Positions 18,555-28,948 of a stretch of DNA of 32,000 nt are shown piece by piece. Position 1 is the stretch's first letter. Each line of letters starts with the position of its first letter. Position numbers and translations under genes: made by a program. The notes beneath the pieces were generated by a model, which ran no database searches, had not been told where the DNA came from, and was given only the letters and a program-made list of their open reading frames with translations. The stretch comes from Thermoproteus tenax Kra 1 (GTDB taxonomy: Archaea; Thermoproteota; Thermoprotei; Thermoproteales; Thermoproteaceae), in the NCBI RefSeq assembly GCF_000253055.1, contig NC_016070.1, forward strand, positions 1,170,001 to 1,202,000. The letters run 5' to 3'.

Positions 18555-19253
18555 CTATTTAACTTGGGAAGTTATGAGATTCGAAACTATGTTAAAGACA
18601 GCCTTTATGTCTAAAGAGGATGTATCTATATAATATGTTTCTATATATGTAGCAAAAGATAACAGACTCTTAGAGAGAGTTCGATAAAACTCGATCCAAC
18701 CCCTTGGCTCGGTATAAGAACCCCTCTTTCTATACCGAGCTAGTAATGAGCTGTAGCCTGCATCTAAGTATATGATAATACTATGTGCTGAGAAAAGACG
18801 TAAGAGCAGGCGTGTGATTATAAGATGCGTACGCGTAATCTTATGGCTTGAGAGGCCTATTGCATACATATCAACCAGAAAGTCTATGACATGCCTCGTC
18901 ACAATTACTGTATAACCCATTAGTCTAAATAGCAAAACTTTGAGAACGTGAGCTGTCAAGAAGGCCGCGGTTTCTAGTATTAACCATGTATTAATAATTC
19001 TACCTATAAATAGCCTATCTACTCTGGAGATGTATACATCTGGATAACGATAGTACTCTGCACGTCCACACCAAATTAGGAACTTTATCAAAAGGTACAT
19101 GAAGAGATTATTACTCCTAACTTCTGTAATTACCACAGGCAACCTATACCTCTTTTCTAGATATCGCTTAACTAGATACGCTTGAGTAGTCTTACCAGCG
19201 CCTTCGGGCCCCAGAATGTATATCAATAACCTATTCCGCATTCCGTTTCCCAA
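18555..19253 (-). CDS. Thymidylate-kinase-like P-loop protein
   Basis: LLIYILGPEGAGKTTQAYLVKRYLEKRY (Walker A), VIVTRHVIDFLVD, SIIIYLDAGYSSLLARYRKRGSYTEPR. Embedded between glycosyltransferase genes. Confidence 0.75.
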   Translation of the reverse strand: MGNGMRNRLLIYILGPEGAGKTTQAYLVKRYLEKRYRLPVVITEVRSNNLFMYLLIKFLIWCGRAEYYRYPDVYISRVDRLFIGRIINTWLILETAAFLTAHVLKVLLFRLMGYTVIVTRHVIDFLVDMYAIGLSSHKITRTHLIITRLLLRLFSAHSIIIYLDAGYSSLLARYRKRGSYTEPRGWIEFYRTLSKSLLSFATYIETYYIDTSSLDIKAVFNIVSNLITSQVK

Positions 19254-20344
19254 CTTCTGTAGAGAATTTATGGAGTATCTCTTTCATAACCCTTAATAGC
19301 GATAACCTAAAGACCTTAAAGGTATAGTTTCTCTCTATAAGTCCTCGGAATTCTGACGCGATAGACCGCCAACTCTCACGCGGTAGACTATTGTTGACAA
19401 AGTCTTCTATAGGGATATAGTGTTTTCTGGGAATCGCCGGCAGGTGTAACATGCCCGTGGCAGTTGTGATTATGGGTATTCCACAGTAGCCGGCCTCTAG
19501 TATTTTGTTCCTTATACCACCGCATATGGCATTCTTAGGATAAGGTAGTATTGCAGCATCTGACGATATTATTAACGCCACGTACATCGGATATGATAGG
19601 TAGCCTGTATACACAATATTTCTATGTATCTTGTCCTTAACCTTAAGACCTGTTACAAAGATCACAAAATCCTGTGACAGCATAGATGTTATCTTCAACA
19701 ACTCCTCATACGCAAGTATGTTAGATGCAAAAATGTCAGGCAGAGGGGCCACAAATATTTTCTTTCTATGACAGTCAAATACTTCTAAAGAGGTACACAG
19801 CGTCCTACGTATGTTCTCAATGCTAATATTCTTTAATTTTGTTACTATATTTTCAAAAATAGGAGTCAAAGCATTCTCTATAACAAACACTTCCCCAATA
19901 GAAAAGTACTTATTAAGCACCATAGCTAGATATCTTGAGGCTACTATAATGTATTTAGCGTGTTTGTAGGTAATATATTCACTAATAAATAACAACAATT
20001 TAGAAATGGTATTAGCTTTGCCCATAGCCAATGTCTCAAGCCAAGAAGAGCCGTGCACATCAACGATTATGGGTCTCCTGACGGTCTTTCTTTACAAAGA
20101 CGACTAGTGCAGCAACCCAGGGATTGACACCACTGACTATAACTAAATCTGCCCCTACCAGACTCGATAGAATACTAGGCATAAGTATATAAACGACACT
20201 TGTAACAGGTATATAGATCAGCTGTATAGAGCTCAGATCCCTCAGTGAGTAGTATATGTTAAGTGGCCTGAGAAGAGAGCCAGAGATATTATTAGCAGAA
20301 GGACCTATTACAACAAGACGCCATTTCGTAGACCAGGTTTGCAT
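19231..20344 (-). pseudogene. GT4-like glycosyltransferase disrupted by one frameshift
   Basis: ORF 20060..20344 (...GADLVIVSGVNPWVAALVVFVKKDR) joins by a frame change at about 20075-20100 to RRPIIVDVHGSSWLETLAMGKANTISKLL... of ORF 19231..20058, whose C-terminus has AAILPYPKNAICGGIRNKILEAGYCGIPIITTATG. Confidence 0.75.
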
Positions 20345-20572
20345 AGAGACTAGATTCCCCTTAAACCTGAATATACTAGCTACGTAATGCTTGATACCCT
20401 GAGTCTAGGCTCAGCATACACGGGCTTGTGGATAAATTATTCCAAAACAATCCAGTAGCCAAAGCATTAAATTAAGCGACTCCCAATAGAGCCAACACCA
20501 CTACAACAAAAGTCCTCAACGACCTCACAACAACCCACACTTAAGTGAGATGTCCTCATATGTTAAAAGATA

Positions 20573-21763
20573 TCATATGTTAAACACTTTAAGAAGCCGA
20601 TTTTTAATCATATCATAACCAAGTCTCTTAAGAACAATCTCTCTGAGTTCAGCAACAACATCAAGAATTTTTTTCCTAGACATGGACAGAACGGTCTCCA
20701 TCCTATCCACAAGGCCATCAACATCGCCGGGCTCAAAGAGGAGCCTCTCAGCGAAGGTCCCCTCGACGATCTCAGGGACGCCCCCCACCCTAGATGCAAT
20801 GGGTAGAGTGCCGGCGAGCATAGACTCGACAACGGCGTAGGGCAAGGGCTCCTCCCAAACCGATGGGAAAACCATCCCATAGGCCCTACTGTGAAGACTC
20901 AAGACATCCTCGTACTTAAGATGGCCGAGCATCACGTAGGCATTATCAAACACGGCATTCAACTTACTCAACACGCCTCTACTTGAATCGGAAAAATTTT
21001 TAGTTAGTAGGAAAACCGCACGGCGCCTACGCAGGAGGCTTGCTGAGGCCTTAAGAAATATGTGAAAGCCCTTGATGAAACTATCGCCGCCAAGGTAGAG
21101 AAACGAGGGGGGTTCAGTGGGCTCTTTCTTAATGACGGGTATGTCGGGCAGCGGATTATAGATTACTGAAATCTTACTGCTGAGCTCAGGAACATGCTTA
21201 ACGATAAGCTCGGCCTGTCTCTTCGACACACATATCACCTCGTCGGCCATTGAGACCCACGACCTGGCCAAAAGCCAGGTAGGCGCCGACAAAGTGCCGA
21301 GCAACGCCCTAGTTAAGCTACGGTGCTCAAACAACTCAAAAGAGGCAACCTCGCTTGGGCTATTGAGCGATTTTCCATCGCGAAGCACGGAGGCCGTGTA
21401 GGAGATTGGTTGATAGTCATGCAGGTGGACGACAACTCTTTTGCCGAAGCCCTTGGCCGTGGGTATTATGGGGTACGCGTAGCGGGGAATATAAACAACG
21501 TCGGCCCACCTAAGCAACTTAACAAACCAAGGCTCCCTAGACAGCAAAATAGAGTTAATCCATAGAGACGCCTTATCCCTACGCTTAAGCAACGGCGTAA
21601 ACATATACTCAACGCCACGAACGCGCTCAGGATACTCGGTGCCCGCAACGACGGTGATGTTAAAACCCTCACGGGCCAATAACTTAGTTATCAAGTGAGT
21701 AGCCAAGGTACCTCCACCGCCTTCAGGCCAGTACTGCTCAGCTATGATCAGCAATTTTGTCAT
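20573..21763 (-). CDS. GT4 family glycosyltransferase
   Basis: LLIIAEQYWPEGGGGTLATHLITKLL, EVICVSKRQAELIVKHVPELSSKISVIYNPLPDI, YLGGDSFIKGFHIFLKA, GMVFPSVWEEPLPYAVVESMLAGTLPIASRVGGVPEIV. Confidence 0.94.
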   Translation of the reverse strand: MTKLLIIAEQYWPEGGGGTLATHLITKLLAREGFNITVVAGTEYPERVRGVEYMFTPLLKRRDKASLWINSILLSREPWFVKLLRWADVVYIPRYAYPIIPTAKGFGKRVVVHLHDYQPISYTASVLRDGKSLNSPSEVASFELFEHRSLTRALLGTLSAPTWLLARSWVSMADEVICVSKRQAELIVKHVPELSSKISVIYNPLPDIPVIKKEPTEPPSFLYLGGDSFIKGFHIFLKASASLLRRRRAVFLLTKNFSDSSRGVLSKLNAVFDNAYVMLGHLKYEDVLSLHSRAYGMVFPSVWEEPLPYAVVESMLAGTLPIASRVGGVPEIVEGTFAERLLFEPGDVDGLVDRMETVLSMSRKKILDVVAELREIVLKRLGYDMIKNRLLKVFNI

Positions 21764-22817
21764 TGATATAGTCCGTAAATAGAGATATGTTATATCTCAT
21801 AAGTTCGTTTGCTGCATAAGCAATCAATTTTCTCTCATTCAAGTAGAGAGGGGTTCTTGTCATTAACTCCTCACGTATTTTTGAGAACCCCATTCTGAGC
21901 GTATGCGCACGTATGAGGAATTTCAATGTATATGAGAGTCCCACTATGAATGGTGTTATCGAGAGTCTTCTTCGAAGCGCCATGTTCTTAACCCAAAGCG
22001 CTATCTCAAAGATAAGTCTGCCGACTAAAGAGCCAAACAGATACTTTCTCGGCATGTATAGTATGATGAATACAAACTTATTGGCAATGGCGTGAGGTAC
22101 TAGGTCTTTCCTTCGGCCCAACGAGGGACCATACTTGTGATAAATCACGGAATTTGGTACGCACACGATCTTGTACCCCCTCGCGTAGATCTCAGTTGCT
22201 AGCGCTAGTTCTTCGTGCGAGAAGTAAAGGTATGGATTAAAGCCCTTTATCTCCTTCAAAAGCTCAGCACGTACCGCTACGCACGCACCTAATGGGCGAT
22301 AGATTTTGAGCGCTACGTTATGCCTTACGGCTATCTCCACAAACCTCTCTGCTATTTGTGAACCACTGATAGAGCCAAGAGAGGGGCTTCTGCCTAACTT
22401 ATCAACGAAGCCTCCTAGGAACTGTATCGTGCCATTAAAGTTCATTATCAGCGGTTGTGCCGCTCCAACATTTGGATCTTTAAACGCCTCAATTAATTTC
22501 CTCAGCCAGTCTCTCTTCACAATGGTATCGTTATTTATAAAAACGATCACGTCGGGCTTGAACCTCATTGCATAGTTGAGGCCAATGTTGTTAGCTATTG
22601 CAAAGCTGTAGCTCCTGGATAATCTTAGGATCTTTAGACGCGGATCTCTGAACTTACCCTGTATGTAATCTGGCGTCCCATCCTTTGACCCGTTGTCCAC
22701 TATTAAGACTATGAAGTCATCGTAATCTGTGCCCAACAGCGAAGTTATATGAGCGTCGAGAAGTTCTCCGAGAATGCTCTTGCTGTTCCAGTGCAAGCTT
22801 ACGATAGCAACGCGCAT
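21738..22817 (-). CDS. GT2 family glycosyltransferase (rhamnosyltransferase-like)
   Basis: VAIVSLHWNSKSILGELLDAHITSLLGTDYDDFIVLIVDNGSKDGTPDYIQ, VIVFINNDTIVKRDWL, YLYFSHEELALATEIYARGYKIVCVPNSVIYHKYG. Confidence 0.93.
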   Translation of the reverse strand: MRVAIVSLHWNSKSILGELLDAHITSLLGTDYDDFIVLIVDNGSKDGTPDYIQGKFRDPRLKILRLSRSYSFAIANNIGLNYAMRFKPDVIVFINNDTIVKRDWLRKLIEAFKDPNVGAAQPLIMNFNGTIQFLGGFVDKLGRSPSLGSISGSQIAERFVEIAVRHNVALKIYRPLGACVAVRAELLKEIKGFNPYLYFSHEELALATEIYARGYKIVCVPNSVIYHKYGPSLGRRKDLVPHAIANKFVFIILYMPRKYLFGSLVGRLIFEIALWVKNMALRRRLSITPFIVGLSYTLKFLIRAHTLRMGFSKIREELMTRTPLYLNERKLIAYAANELMRYNISLFTDYINDKIADHS

Positions 22818-23758
22818 ATTAACTTGTTCAGCGTCTCCTTGGCCACGCCGTAGGATAGGGCTAGTCCTATCAATATGTTACTCTTCACCCACGTCATTAG
22901 CCCATATCTCAGCCCCCTCTCCCTGACCACTAAGTATGCCGAGGAGAGCATATAAGCTAGGGGCAGAGATGCAAGCGTCGGCGAGCTTAGTATTAAATAC
23001 GCTGTCAGCGCTATCGCCCACGGCCATGACAGCCAGTAGAGGATTCTAGCCTTGAGGAACTTTGGAAGTGAGTTCCACGCCGTGTAGTACTCCTTCGCGC
23101 GGGTTGTGAAGTTATACTTAAGCCATTCAATAACCGATTTCCTCAAGTCTTCAGGTCTCTTGATGTGCGCAACGGGCTTGGGGGCCCACATAACCTTGCA
23201 CCTGGCCCTCTCTCTAACCTTTATGCAGAACTCAGTGTCCTCACCGCTACTCAATATCTCGTTAAATGTGCTAACAATCTTGAAAACGTCCCTCCTTACA
23301 AGGGTGAAGCCCATGTAGACCGCCACAGCCTCCTTATTGACCACAGGCTTGTACTTAATGCCCAACTCTTCGTCATATACGTAGTCGGCGCCCATGATGC
23401 ATATCCTGCGGTCTCGCTCCATCAGCTCGACCATGGTCTTCAACAGGTCTCTAGGAGGCACTACGTCGCTATCCCAGAACAACAAGTAATCGCCAGAGGT
23501 CCGCTTAACACACTCATTGCGGGCTTGCGATATATTTGTCTTAGCTCTAATGAGCTCAACTCTCCTAAAGCCTATGGCCCCATCGCGCCACTTAGCCAAC
23601 ACCTCGTATGACCCATCTTGCGAGTACCCATCGACAAAGACTAGCTCGAGATAGTCCCTTGGATAGTCCAACTCCTCGATGGCCCTCAGCACCTTATTGA
23701 GATGCCAAGCTCTATTCTTAACGGGCATACATATCGTGATTAGTGGATAGTCGATCAT
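22799..23758 (-). CDS. GT2 family glycosyltransferase with C-terminal TM segments
   Basis: PLITICMPVKNRAWHLNKVLRAIEELDYPRDYLELVFVDGYSQDGSYEVL, YLLFWDSDVVPPRDLL, SGEDTEFCIKVRERA. Confidence 0.93.
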   Translation of the reverse strand: MIDYPLITICMPVKNRAWHLNKVLRAIEELDYPRDYLELVFVDGYSQDGSYEVLAKWRDGAIGFRRVELIRAKTNISQARNECVKRTSGDYLLFWDSDVVPPRDLLKTMVELMERDRRICIMGADYVYDEELGIKYKPVVNKEAVAVYMGFTLVRRDVFKIVSTFNEILSSGEDTEFCIKVRERARCKVMWAPKPVAHIKRPEDLRKSVIEWLKYNFTTRAKEYYTAWNSLPKFLKARILYWLSWPWAIALTAYLILSSPTLASLPLAYMLSSAYLVVRERGLRYGLMTWVKSNILIGLALSYGVAKETLNKLICALLS

Positions 23759-24816
23759 TATATGTCCCTCCCGACTAAGAAGAACTGGCCCTTAAACGCC
23801 AGCTTAAGGGAATCTGGACTGTGAGCTAGGTAATAAGCTATTGCGCTACCCCGCTCCTTCAGCCAAGCCCTCGTGAACTCACGCACGCGGCTTAGAAGCT
23901 TTCCATCGCCTCTATCTCTATATATGCGCACGGTCAGGGCTATGTAGTTCAGGAACATTGCGACGTCGCACGCAGAGCCATTATTTAAGTATTTGGAGTT
24001 CATGTAGGGGGTTCTGCCCATCATCGTGTTCGCGAGCCATAGCGCCAAGTGATAGGCGATCCACACAACTAGTTTCAACCATCTGAGCCCCCTCACGTAG
24101 TACCCCTCTCTCACTATCCTAGTTGGCGTGTAGCCAAGAGCCCTCACGGTGTCTAACTTATTCCTCAACTCCCTCCTCAGGTAGTGTAGCAACGATTTTA
24201 CGTACCTCCTCTCGCTCACAAACGTCGTTACGAAAAACCTCAGGCTAACCCTGAGCTCCAAGCTCCTCATGAGTCTCGAGAGGGGTATTGACTCGTAGCT
24301 CCTGCTCAGTATGGGGAGCATCACGCAGTTGGAGGCGACCCTTGACGCGAACTCCACATCCTCAGCCCTATTCAAATCGCGCAACCCACCCGCTCGAAGC
24401 GCCGCTGATTGCGGCGTGATTAGTATGTAGAGACATTTGTCGTTGAGAAGCTCGTCGGACACATAGTTAGTTATCAAATCCGCCAAGAGCTCGTGGTCAT
24501 AGGCGACGTCAAAGTCGCTAACGAAAATGAGGTAGTCGCCTCTAGCTAGTCTCATCGCTAAGTCCCTGCCAAGGCCTCTCGAAGATCTAAGCCTAGCCAA
24601 CCTAACGGTTACGCCGAACCTCGCGAAGGCTCTAGCCAACTCCCTAGCCAATTCGTAGGTCCCATCGGTTGAGTAGGCATCGACCACAACGACCTCGGAG
24701 GGCAGCCCGTAAATGCGCGAAAGCTTCGCCGCTGTGAGACATACGCTGGCCAGCGACGCCCTTATGTACGAGGCGCTGTTGTAAACCGTTCCGTAGAAGG
24801 AGATTGAGGCTCCCAT
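23758..24816 (-). CDS. GT2 family glycosyltransferase
   Basis: ISFYGTVYNSASYIRASLASVC...EVVVVDAYSTDGTYELARELARAF...RSSRGLGRDLAMRLARGDYLIFVSDFDVAYDHELLADL. Confidence 0.88.
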   Translation of the reverse strand: MGASISFYGTVYNSASYIRASLASVCLTAAKLSRIYGLPSEVVVVDAYSTDGTYELARELARAFARFGVTVRLARLRSSRGLGRDLAMRLARGDYLIFVSDFDVAYDHELLADLITNYVSDELLNDKCLYILITPQSAALRAGGLRDLNRAEDVEFASRVASNCVMLPILSRSYESIPLSRLMRSLELRVSLRFFVTTFVSERRYVKSLLHYLRRELRNKLDTVRALGYTPTRIVREGYYVRGLRWLKLVVWIAYHLALWLANTMMGRTPYMNSKYLNNGSACDVAMFLNYIALTVRIYRDRGDGKLLSRVREFTRAWLKERGSAIAYYLAHSPDSLKLAFKGQFFLVGRDI

Positions 24817-24819
24817 GGC

Positions 24820-26381
24820 TCAGCGGCTTAGGAGGTTCACAACGCGCCTCTCAACCGCGAGCAAGGCGACGAGGGGCTTAGCCGCTGGCCCTACCTGTCT
24901 CAAAACCTCCGTGAGAACCTCCACATCCTTACCATCGATGGCTTTTAGCAGCGGGAGCGCAACTGCGTAGGCCACTACATACACAGCAGCCCCAACCGCG
25001 AGGGCCAGCGCGTCGTGCGCCATCACCGCCGTCGCCGCGAGCGTTGGGAAGGCAGACACGAGGGACGCCGCGTATACCCTAGCGACGCGAGGCACGCCTA
25101 TGGATACGCCAACAGCTCTTTCAGCCCTAGCCAGTAAGTAAGCGATCGATGCGTAGCCGCCGACTAGCCCAGCCATCATGGCGCCGAGAACTCCGAGAGC
25201 GGGCACGAGGGCTAGCGTAAGCGGTAGCGATACAGCGGTTGAGACAAGCCACGACCTCAGGGCCTCCCTCGTCATCCCAAGCCCGGCGAATAAGCTACCG
25301 AGGGCGTAACCTCCTACGCCGACGCCGAGGGCTCCGAGCGTCGCCAGCGATAGGTAGAGAGGAGCTAGCGCGTAGCCCTCGCCATAGACGACGCGTACCA
25401 TGTGCTTAGAGAGCAGTATTGTCAGCACAGCGGCGGGTAGCACCACGATTGAGCTAAGCCTAACGAACTCCCTAAGACCACAGCCACACCACACCCATCG
25501 GCGCCGAGCCTCGAAAAGACTGCGAACAACGTCGAGCCTATGGACGACGTTAGTAAGCTAAACACCGAAGCTAGGTTCATAGCGACTTAGTAGTTGCCGA
25601 GGTCGTAATCGCTCACGAAGTGGGCCGTGTAGGTGAACAACGCCCTATCAACGACGAAGCTGACTAACATCGGCACGTAGAGGGGGTAGCTGTAGAGGGC
25701 CATAGACCTAAGCGACTCAACGAAGCCAACACCCCCCGCGTAATCACCGCCTAAAGCCCTGAAGAGCTTTATGAGGAGGGCCAGCGCCAGGGCCGCCGCC
25801 ACGACGTAGCTCGCGACATGCTCCAGAACAGCCCCGAAGACCCCTATCCACAGCACGAGCGGCACGGCGAGCGCCAGCTTCGAGGCAGCTTGGGATACCT
25901 TGATGAGGGCCCCGTAATCAGTCCTCAGCATAGCTAGGAAGAAGCCATCGCAAACGCCTATAACCAACGAGGTTGTGATCAAGACGGAGGCCACAGAGAC
26001 TAAGCTGGAAACATCGGGCCTGGCGAGGACGTAGCGCGCGACCGCGTCGGCAAACACCACCACGGCTAGGGAGGCCGCAAGCCCCAAAGTAGCCTCGAGG
26101 AGGAGCGCGTTCCTAACGTAGAGCACAGCCACAGAGCCCCTACCACTAGCAACGAGCGAGGAGGCGTAGTAGGTCACGGCATGCCCAATGCCGAGGCTAA
26201 GCAATGGGCCGAACACAGCGGGGAGGCTCAGGACGAGCGAGTAGACGCCGTAGCCATCAGGCCCCAAGAGCCTAGCAATGACTATCGAGGACGCGGCTGA
26301 GATGAGCATAGTAGCAAGCCCACCAACGAATAGATGAAGCCAACCCCTAGAGGCGCTCACAGCAAAATTACCAAACCTCAT
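24820..26381 (-). pseudogene. Second Wzx-type flippase, disrupted by an in-frame stop and a frameshift
   Basis: Two ORFs (25587..26381 and 24820..25494) together parallel the intact flippase at 12854..14407. After HFVSDYDLGNY comes TAA (25587-25589), then in the same frame VAMNLASVFSLLTSSIGSTLFAVFSRLGADG, then a frame change into GLREFVRLSSIVVLPAAVLTILL. Confidence 0.88.
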
Positions 26382-26460
26382 AGACCTAAAGCGATATCAT
26401 CGATTAAATAGCCCAGCTGTATGTATGTCTCTCATTTTTGTCGGATTATCTTGTAATGCT

Positions 26461-27489
26461 TCATTCCTTAATGGCCTTGACTAATCCAACTCTTCCTAAG
26501 TTGTTACTACTTATTAATGGGCTCTTAATTTTCACGATATATTTTGATAAACTGTTAAGCCTATCTTTCCAAGTCTTCCTTATGCTTAGTTCTCTCTTTA
26601 AATTCTTCATAATGTGCATTAATATTCTTATGATCAATATTGCCCTTAATCTATTGCTTCTCTTCAGCGACTTAAGTATATTGGTAATTATTTCAAATGA
26701 TAGATATAACGTTAGTGTAAATATAAGGAGCTTGGTTGGTAGGTAACGTATTGATGTAAACCATTTATTGCGGTTTGCGAAGTACCAAGATACCCAATTA
26801 ATGCCCTTCGTCTCAGCCATACCCCTCTTATGGTAGTAAACAGCACCGGGATAAGCAACAACCTTGTAGCCCATGAGTATAGCTCTTGAGCACAAGTCAA
26901 TCTCATCGTGGTACATAAAGAACTCCGAAGGAAAACCGCCCAACGCTTCAAATACCTCTCTTCTAACAATCATAGCCGAACCAGAAGCCCAAAGAACCGG
27001 AAGCGCTATATTCAATTTCATGACCTTATCCTCAAGGCCTGTTACATCGACTTCCACAGCCCTACCATAGGAGTCGATGAAGCCACCAAGGCTTGAGAAA
27101 GAGCCGTTGAGCGACCTCTGGAGGCCTTGGGCAATGGCAATGCGCTTGTCCCTCTCCATGATGCTGACCAACTTGGCAACGTAATCCCTCTCTAATATAG
27201 CATCGGGGTTCATAAAGAGAATGTACCTCACGTCACGTGGTAGGTGCTTAACGGCTAAGTTATTGCCGAGGCAGAATCCGTAGTTCTCGCCTAAACTAAC
27301 AACCTTAACCCTACCGCTGTACTTAGCAGTGACATATTCAACACTGTCGTCTGTTGAGCCATTGTCGGCGAACAAAACCTCGACCTTGCCATAACTCTGA
27401 TTAATAGCGGACTCAATGGCTCTATCCAAAAGCTCGCCAAGAAACCTCCTGCCATTATAATTTAAAATCACAATGCCGACTTTAGGCAT
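26461..27489 (-). CDS. GT2 family glycosyltransferase (rhamnosyltransferase-like)
   Basis: VGIVILNYNGRRFLGELLDRAIESAINQSYGKVEVLFADNGSTDDSVEYV, YILFMNPDAILERDYV, FFMYHDEIDLCSRAILMGYKVVAYPGAVYYHKRG. Confidence 0.94.
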   Translation of the reverse strand: MPKVGIVILNYNGRRFLGELLDRAIESAINQSYGKVEVLFADNGSTDDSVEYVTAKYSGRVKVVSLGENYGFCLGNNLAVKHLPRDVRYILFMNPDAILERDYVAKLVSIMERDKRIAIAQGLQRSLNGSFSSLGGFIDSYGRAVEVDVTGLEDKVMKLNIALPVLWASGSAMIVRREVFEALGGFPSEFFMYHDEIDLCSRAILMGYKVVAYPGAVYYHKRGMAETKGINWVSWYFANRNKWFTSIRYLPTKLLIFTLTLYLSFEIITNILKSLKRSNRLRAILIIRILMHIMKNLKRELSIRKTWKDRLNSLSKYIVKIKSPLISSNNLGRVGLVKAIKE

Positions 27490-27586
27490 TTCTACAAATT
27501 ACATCTCTTTTGCAAAACATTATTAACTTAGGAATAACTTTTTCCCAACAAAACCTTAACATTGTAGTTGAGGACTATTACATATA

Positions 27587-28537
27587 CTAATGGCTCTTCC
27601 TCCAATGCCATATGTTCGTTCTACGGGCTTCTGTTCCGTACATCACTCCCTCTATTACTCCCTTTACGCCGTATATCAATACCTTCGGCTTTCTTGTCCT
27701 TAACGCCCACGTCGTCGCCTCTATCGTCCTGTATATTATGTGTGGTATTAGGTATGGCCCCACCATGTTTATGTTCTTCGTTAGGTAGTATATCTCGCTC
27801 CTGTATATCCCCTCTAGGTGGCTTGGGTCCCTAGCTAGTTTAATCGCCCTCTTTGTCGCCTGTCTTGTGAAGTGGTAGGATACTGCCCTCGGGTTCATGA
27901 TTATTTTGAAGCCAGACGCCCTTATTCTCAATGCCAAGTCGAAGTCCTCCCCCTGTATTGGCTCCTCGAGGGCCTCGTCGTATAGCCCTGCCCTAACTAG
28001 CACCTCCTTCTTGCACGCAACGCTCATTGTGAACACCGGCACCTCGTAGAGGCCGTCGCCCAGGTATTTCACCTGCCTTGGGAATAACGCCTCGTGTACC
28101 GTCAACTTGCTTAGCAACCTGGCCGCGAGACCCGCCAGCCCTCCTCTTTTCTTTAGGCCCTCTTGGTGTACCCATATGCAGTTTGTGTATACACATCCTG
28201 CGTCCTTATGCTCGTCGAACGTCTTCACTACCTCCTCTACGAAGTTTCTCCTGAGCACTAGGTCGTCCTCGAGTAAGAAGATTATGTCTCCCTTGGCCTC
28301 AGCTATTGCCTTGTTGGCCGTCTTCCCCTTGTGCCAGTAGCCCGTCTCTATGACTCTGTGCGGCCCGCCGCCTAGGTGTTCGCTCAGCAATTGTCTCAGC
28401 TTCGCTCCGCTTGTCTCCGTCGCTATTATGACTTCGTCTGGCTTCACCGTCTGTTTAGCTATGGACTTCAAGAGTGCGTCTATGTATGTTAACCTATCGC
28501 TTGTCCCCGCCGTAAGTATTATGACGCTTATGGTCAC
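27587..28537 (-). CDS. GT2 family glycosyltransferase
   Basis: ISVIILTAGTSDRLTYIDALLKSIAKQTVKPDEVIIATETSG, IIFLLEDDLVLRRNFVEEVV, EPIQGEDFDLALRIRASGFKIIMNPRAVSYHFTRQ. Confidence 0.9.
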   Translation of the reverse strand: MTISVIILTAGTSDRLTYIDALLKSIAKQTVKPDEVIIATETSGAKLRQLLSEHLGGGPHRVIETGYWHKGKTANKAIAEAKGDIIFLLEDDLVLRRNFVEEVVKTFDEHKDAGCVYTNCIWVHQEGLKKRGGLAGLAARLLSKLTVHEALFPRQVKYLGDGLYEVPVFTMSVACKKEVLVRAGLYDEALEEPIQGEDFDLALRIRASGFKIIMNPRAVSYHFTRQATKRAIKLARDPSHLEGIYRSEIYYLTKNINMVGPYLIPHIIYRTIEATTWALRTRKPKVLIYGVKGVIEGVMYGTEARRTNIWHWRKSH

Positions 28538-28860
28538 GAATTGGCGCAGCGCTCTAAGAGTTTTTCGTACGCCTCGACTTGGTTTAGTAGCAGTTCTGCA
28601 TCTAGCGCGTCTACGCCCTTGATGTAGTTGATGAACGCCTTCACGTTGTACGCAATGGCGTCTCTGGGAGTTTTCCCAACGGCGGCTTCAAGAGCTAGTT
28701 TTAGGTACGGCGTTAAGCTCAACAAGTTCTTGACGTATCTCCTACTCTTGCCCAACTTTAGCAACGTCTTGCCTGTCGGGTTTACGAGCAGATAGCCGCG
28801 CTCGCCCTCTACTATCCTTAGGGCGAATTGCTTGGCTCCTTCCCGGTTGATGTCGACCAC
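28534..28860 (-). CDS. Small hypothetical protein
   Basis: 108 aa ORF (GTG start) overlapping the downstream GT2 by 4 nt, with normal coding-like composition. No family recognised. Confidence 0.5.
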   Translation of the reverse strand: MVDINREGAKQFALRIVEGERGYLLVNPTGKTLLKLGKSRRYVKNLLSLTPYLKLALEAAVGKTPRDAIAYNVKAFINYIKGVDALDAELLLNQVEAYEKLLERCANS

Positions 28861-28948
28861 AGCTACTATTTTGGCTTTGTTCCTCTTCCATGCCCGGCGT
28901 GGTGCTCGGCGGCGAATCCTGCTCCGATTATCCCGACTTTAAGCGGCA

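Noticed and set aside
26438-26746. Plus-strand 102-aa Leu/Ile-rich ORF resembling a small membrane protein
   Set aside because: Almost wholly antisense to the C-terminal part of the GT2 at 26461-27489. The hydrophobicity follows from AT-rich antisense sequence.
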